Below are positions 62,883 to 64,000 of a DNA stretch of 64,000 bases, in pieces (position 1 is the stretch's first letter; each line of letters begins with the position of its first letter). Both the position numbers and the translations under genes were made by a program. Under the pieces are notes generated by a model. That model was not told where the DNA came from, ran no database searches, and was given only the letters and a program-made list of their open reading frames with translations. Origin of the DNA: Chiloscyllium plagiosum (Eukaryota); the NCBI RefSeq assembly GCF_004010195.1, contig NC_057752.1, positions 6,445,956 through 6,509,955 on the forward strand. Reading direction: 5' to 3'.

Positions 62883-63230
62883 TCATAGAATCCCTACAGC
62901 TTGGAAACAGACCCTTCGGCCCCACAAGTCCACGCCAACCCACGAAGAGTATCCCACCAAAACCCATTCCCCAACCCTATCACTCTACATTTACCCCTGA
63001 CTAATGCATCCAACCTATACATCCCTGAAGACTATGGGTAATTTAGCATGGCCAGTTCACCTAACCTGCACACCTTTGAACTGTGGCAGGAAACCAGAGC
63101 ACCCGGAGGAAACCTGCGCAGACACAGGGAGAATGTGCAAACTCCACACAGACAGTTGTCCAAGGCTGGAATTGAACCCAGGTACCTGGCACTGTGAGGC
63201 AGCAGTGCTAACCACTGAGCCACCATGGCT
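62883..63230 (-). mobile_element. HE1-type tRNA-derived SINE
   Basis: Same structure and sequence as 58217-58547. Confidence 0.85.
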
Positions 63231-64000
63231 CCGGGGTTATGTTATTGATAATCCAGAGGCCTGCCTAATGACCCAGAGACATTACAAATCTCAATAGCAG
63301 GCATCTGGGCAATTGATTCAATAGGTCTGCAATAAAAAGCTATTATCAGTAATAGTGACCATGAAACCAATGGATTGTCTCAAAACAAAAAATCTGGTTT
63401 GCTAATATCCTTTTGAGAAGGAAACCAACTATTCATATCCAGTCTGGCTGACAGGAGATTGTATGTAATTAGACCCGACCCATACTAATGTGGTTTGCTT
63501 CTAACTACCCTGTGAAATAGCCTGACAAACATTCAGTTGTATTCAAGAAGGTAACAACTCAACACCACCTTTGGACAATCAGGGATGGAAAATAAATGCC
63601 TGCCTTGTCAGTGACATCTGCATTCCATTCTAAAAGATCACTCCAAGGCTCTTTTATCATTCCCTCTTCTGAAGGCACTGACTCTCACAGGGGTATATTC
63701 CATATTTAACAATGACTCACCTATAAATGTCCACTCTTCATGTTTAATTTCAGACAGTGTATGTGGGCAGCTGCAGGGGAGGGGGGTTGGAACGTCCTCA
63801 TCACACTTGAGCCCAATCCTATTCTCATCCACAATCCAATGAGGGAGTTACAACAGGAACCACTTGATTCTGATTAGAAATTTTGAGCTGACATTTCACC
63901 AGCCTCTCTCCCTTATCAGGTTAGGATACTGAAGCTACCTGGGCAACCCCTCAATTGTCTGACTGAGATTTGATACCTTCACATCACTAAGCCTCTTTTT

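Noticed and set aside
144..63832. Remaining ORF-track entries as independent genes, including Pro/Gly-rich ORFs at 42473-43385 and X-containing ORFs at 33906-34556 and 49644-50369
   Set aside because: They are off-frame or antisense readings of LINE, SINE and Penelope remnants, read-through across N gaps, or chance ORFs in a spliced eukaryotic locus.

Overview
Eukaryotic, repeat-rich genomic DNA, most likely from a cartilaginous fish (inferred from HE1-type SINEs, CR1/HER1-like LINEs and Penelope-derived palindromes). The only recognisable protein-coding gene is the 3' two-thirds of ERBB3 (HER3) on the minus strand. It runs from the exon homologous to human exon 12 (62378-62586) to the stop codon at 21361-21363. 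I traced all exons by hand; every junction is GT-AG and phase-compatible, and exon numbers are by homology. A repeat-poor putative 3' UTR extends to about 18260, and 1-18000 is intergenic transposon debris. The main finding is that this ERBB3 carries two tandem juxtamembrane exons, a 45-nt JM-b-like exon and a 72-nt JM-a-like exon with the YPW signature. They are separated by a 65-nt intron holding an RBFOX motif, an arrangement I know only from ERBB4, where it controls ectodomain shedding. The kinase and C-terminal tail also look intermediate between ERBB4/EGFR and mammalian ERBB3. Many Penelope-derived palindromes carry minimal hammerhead ribozyme cores, some in sense orientation inside ERBB3 introns. 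Repeat boundaries and family names were judged by eye and are approximate. No CRISPR, rRNA or genuine tRNA genes were seen.
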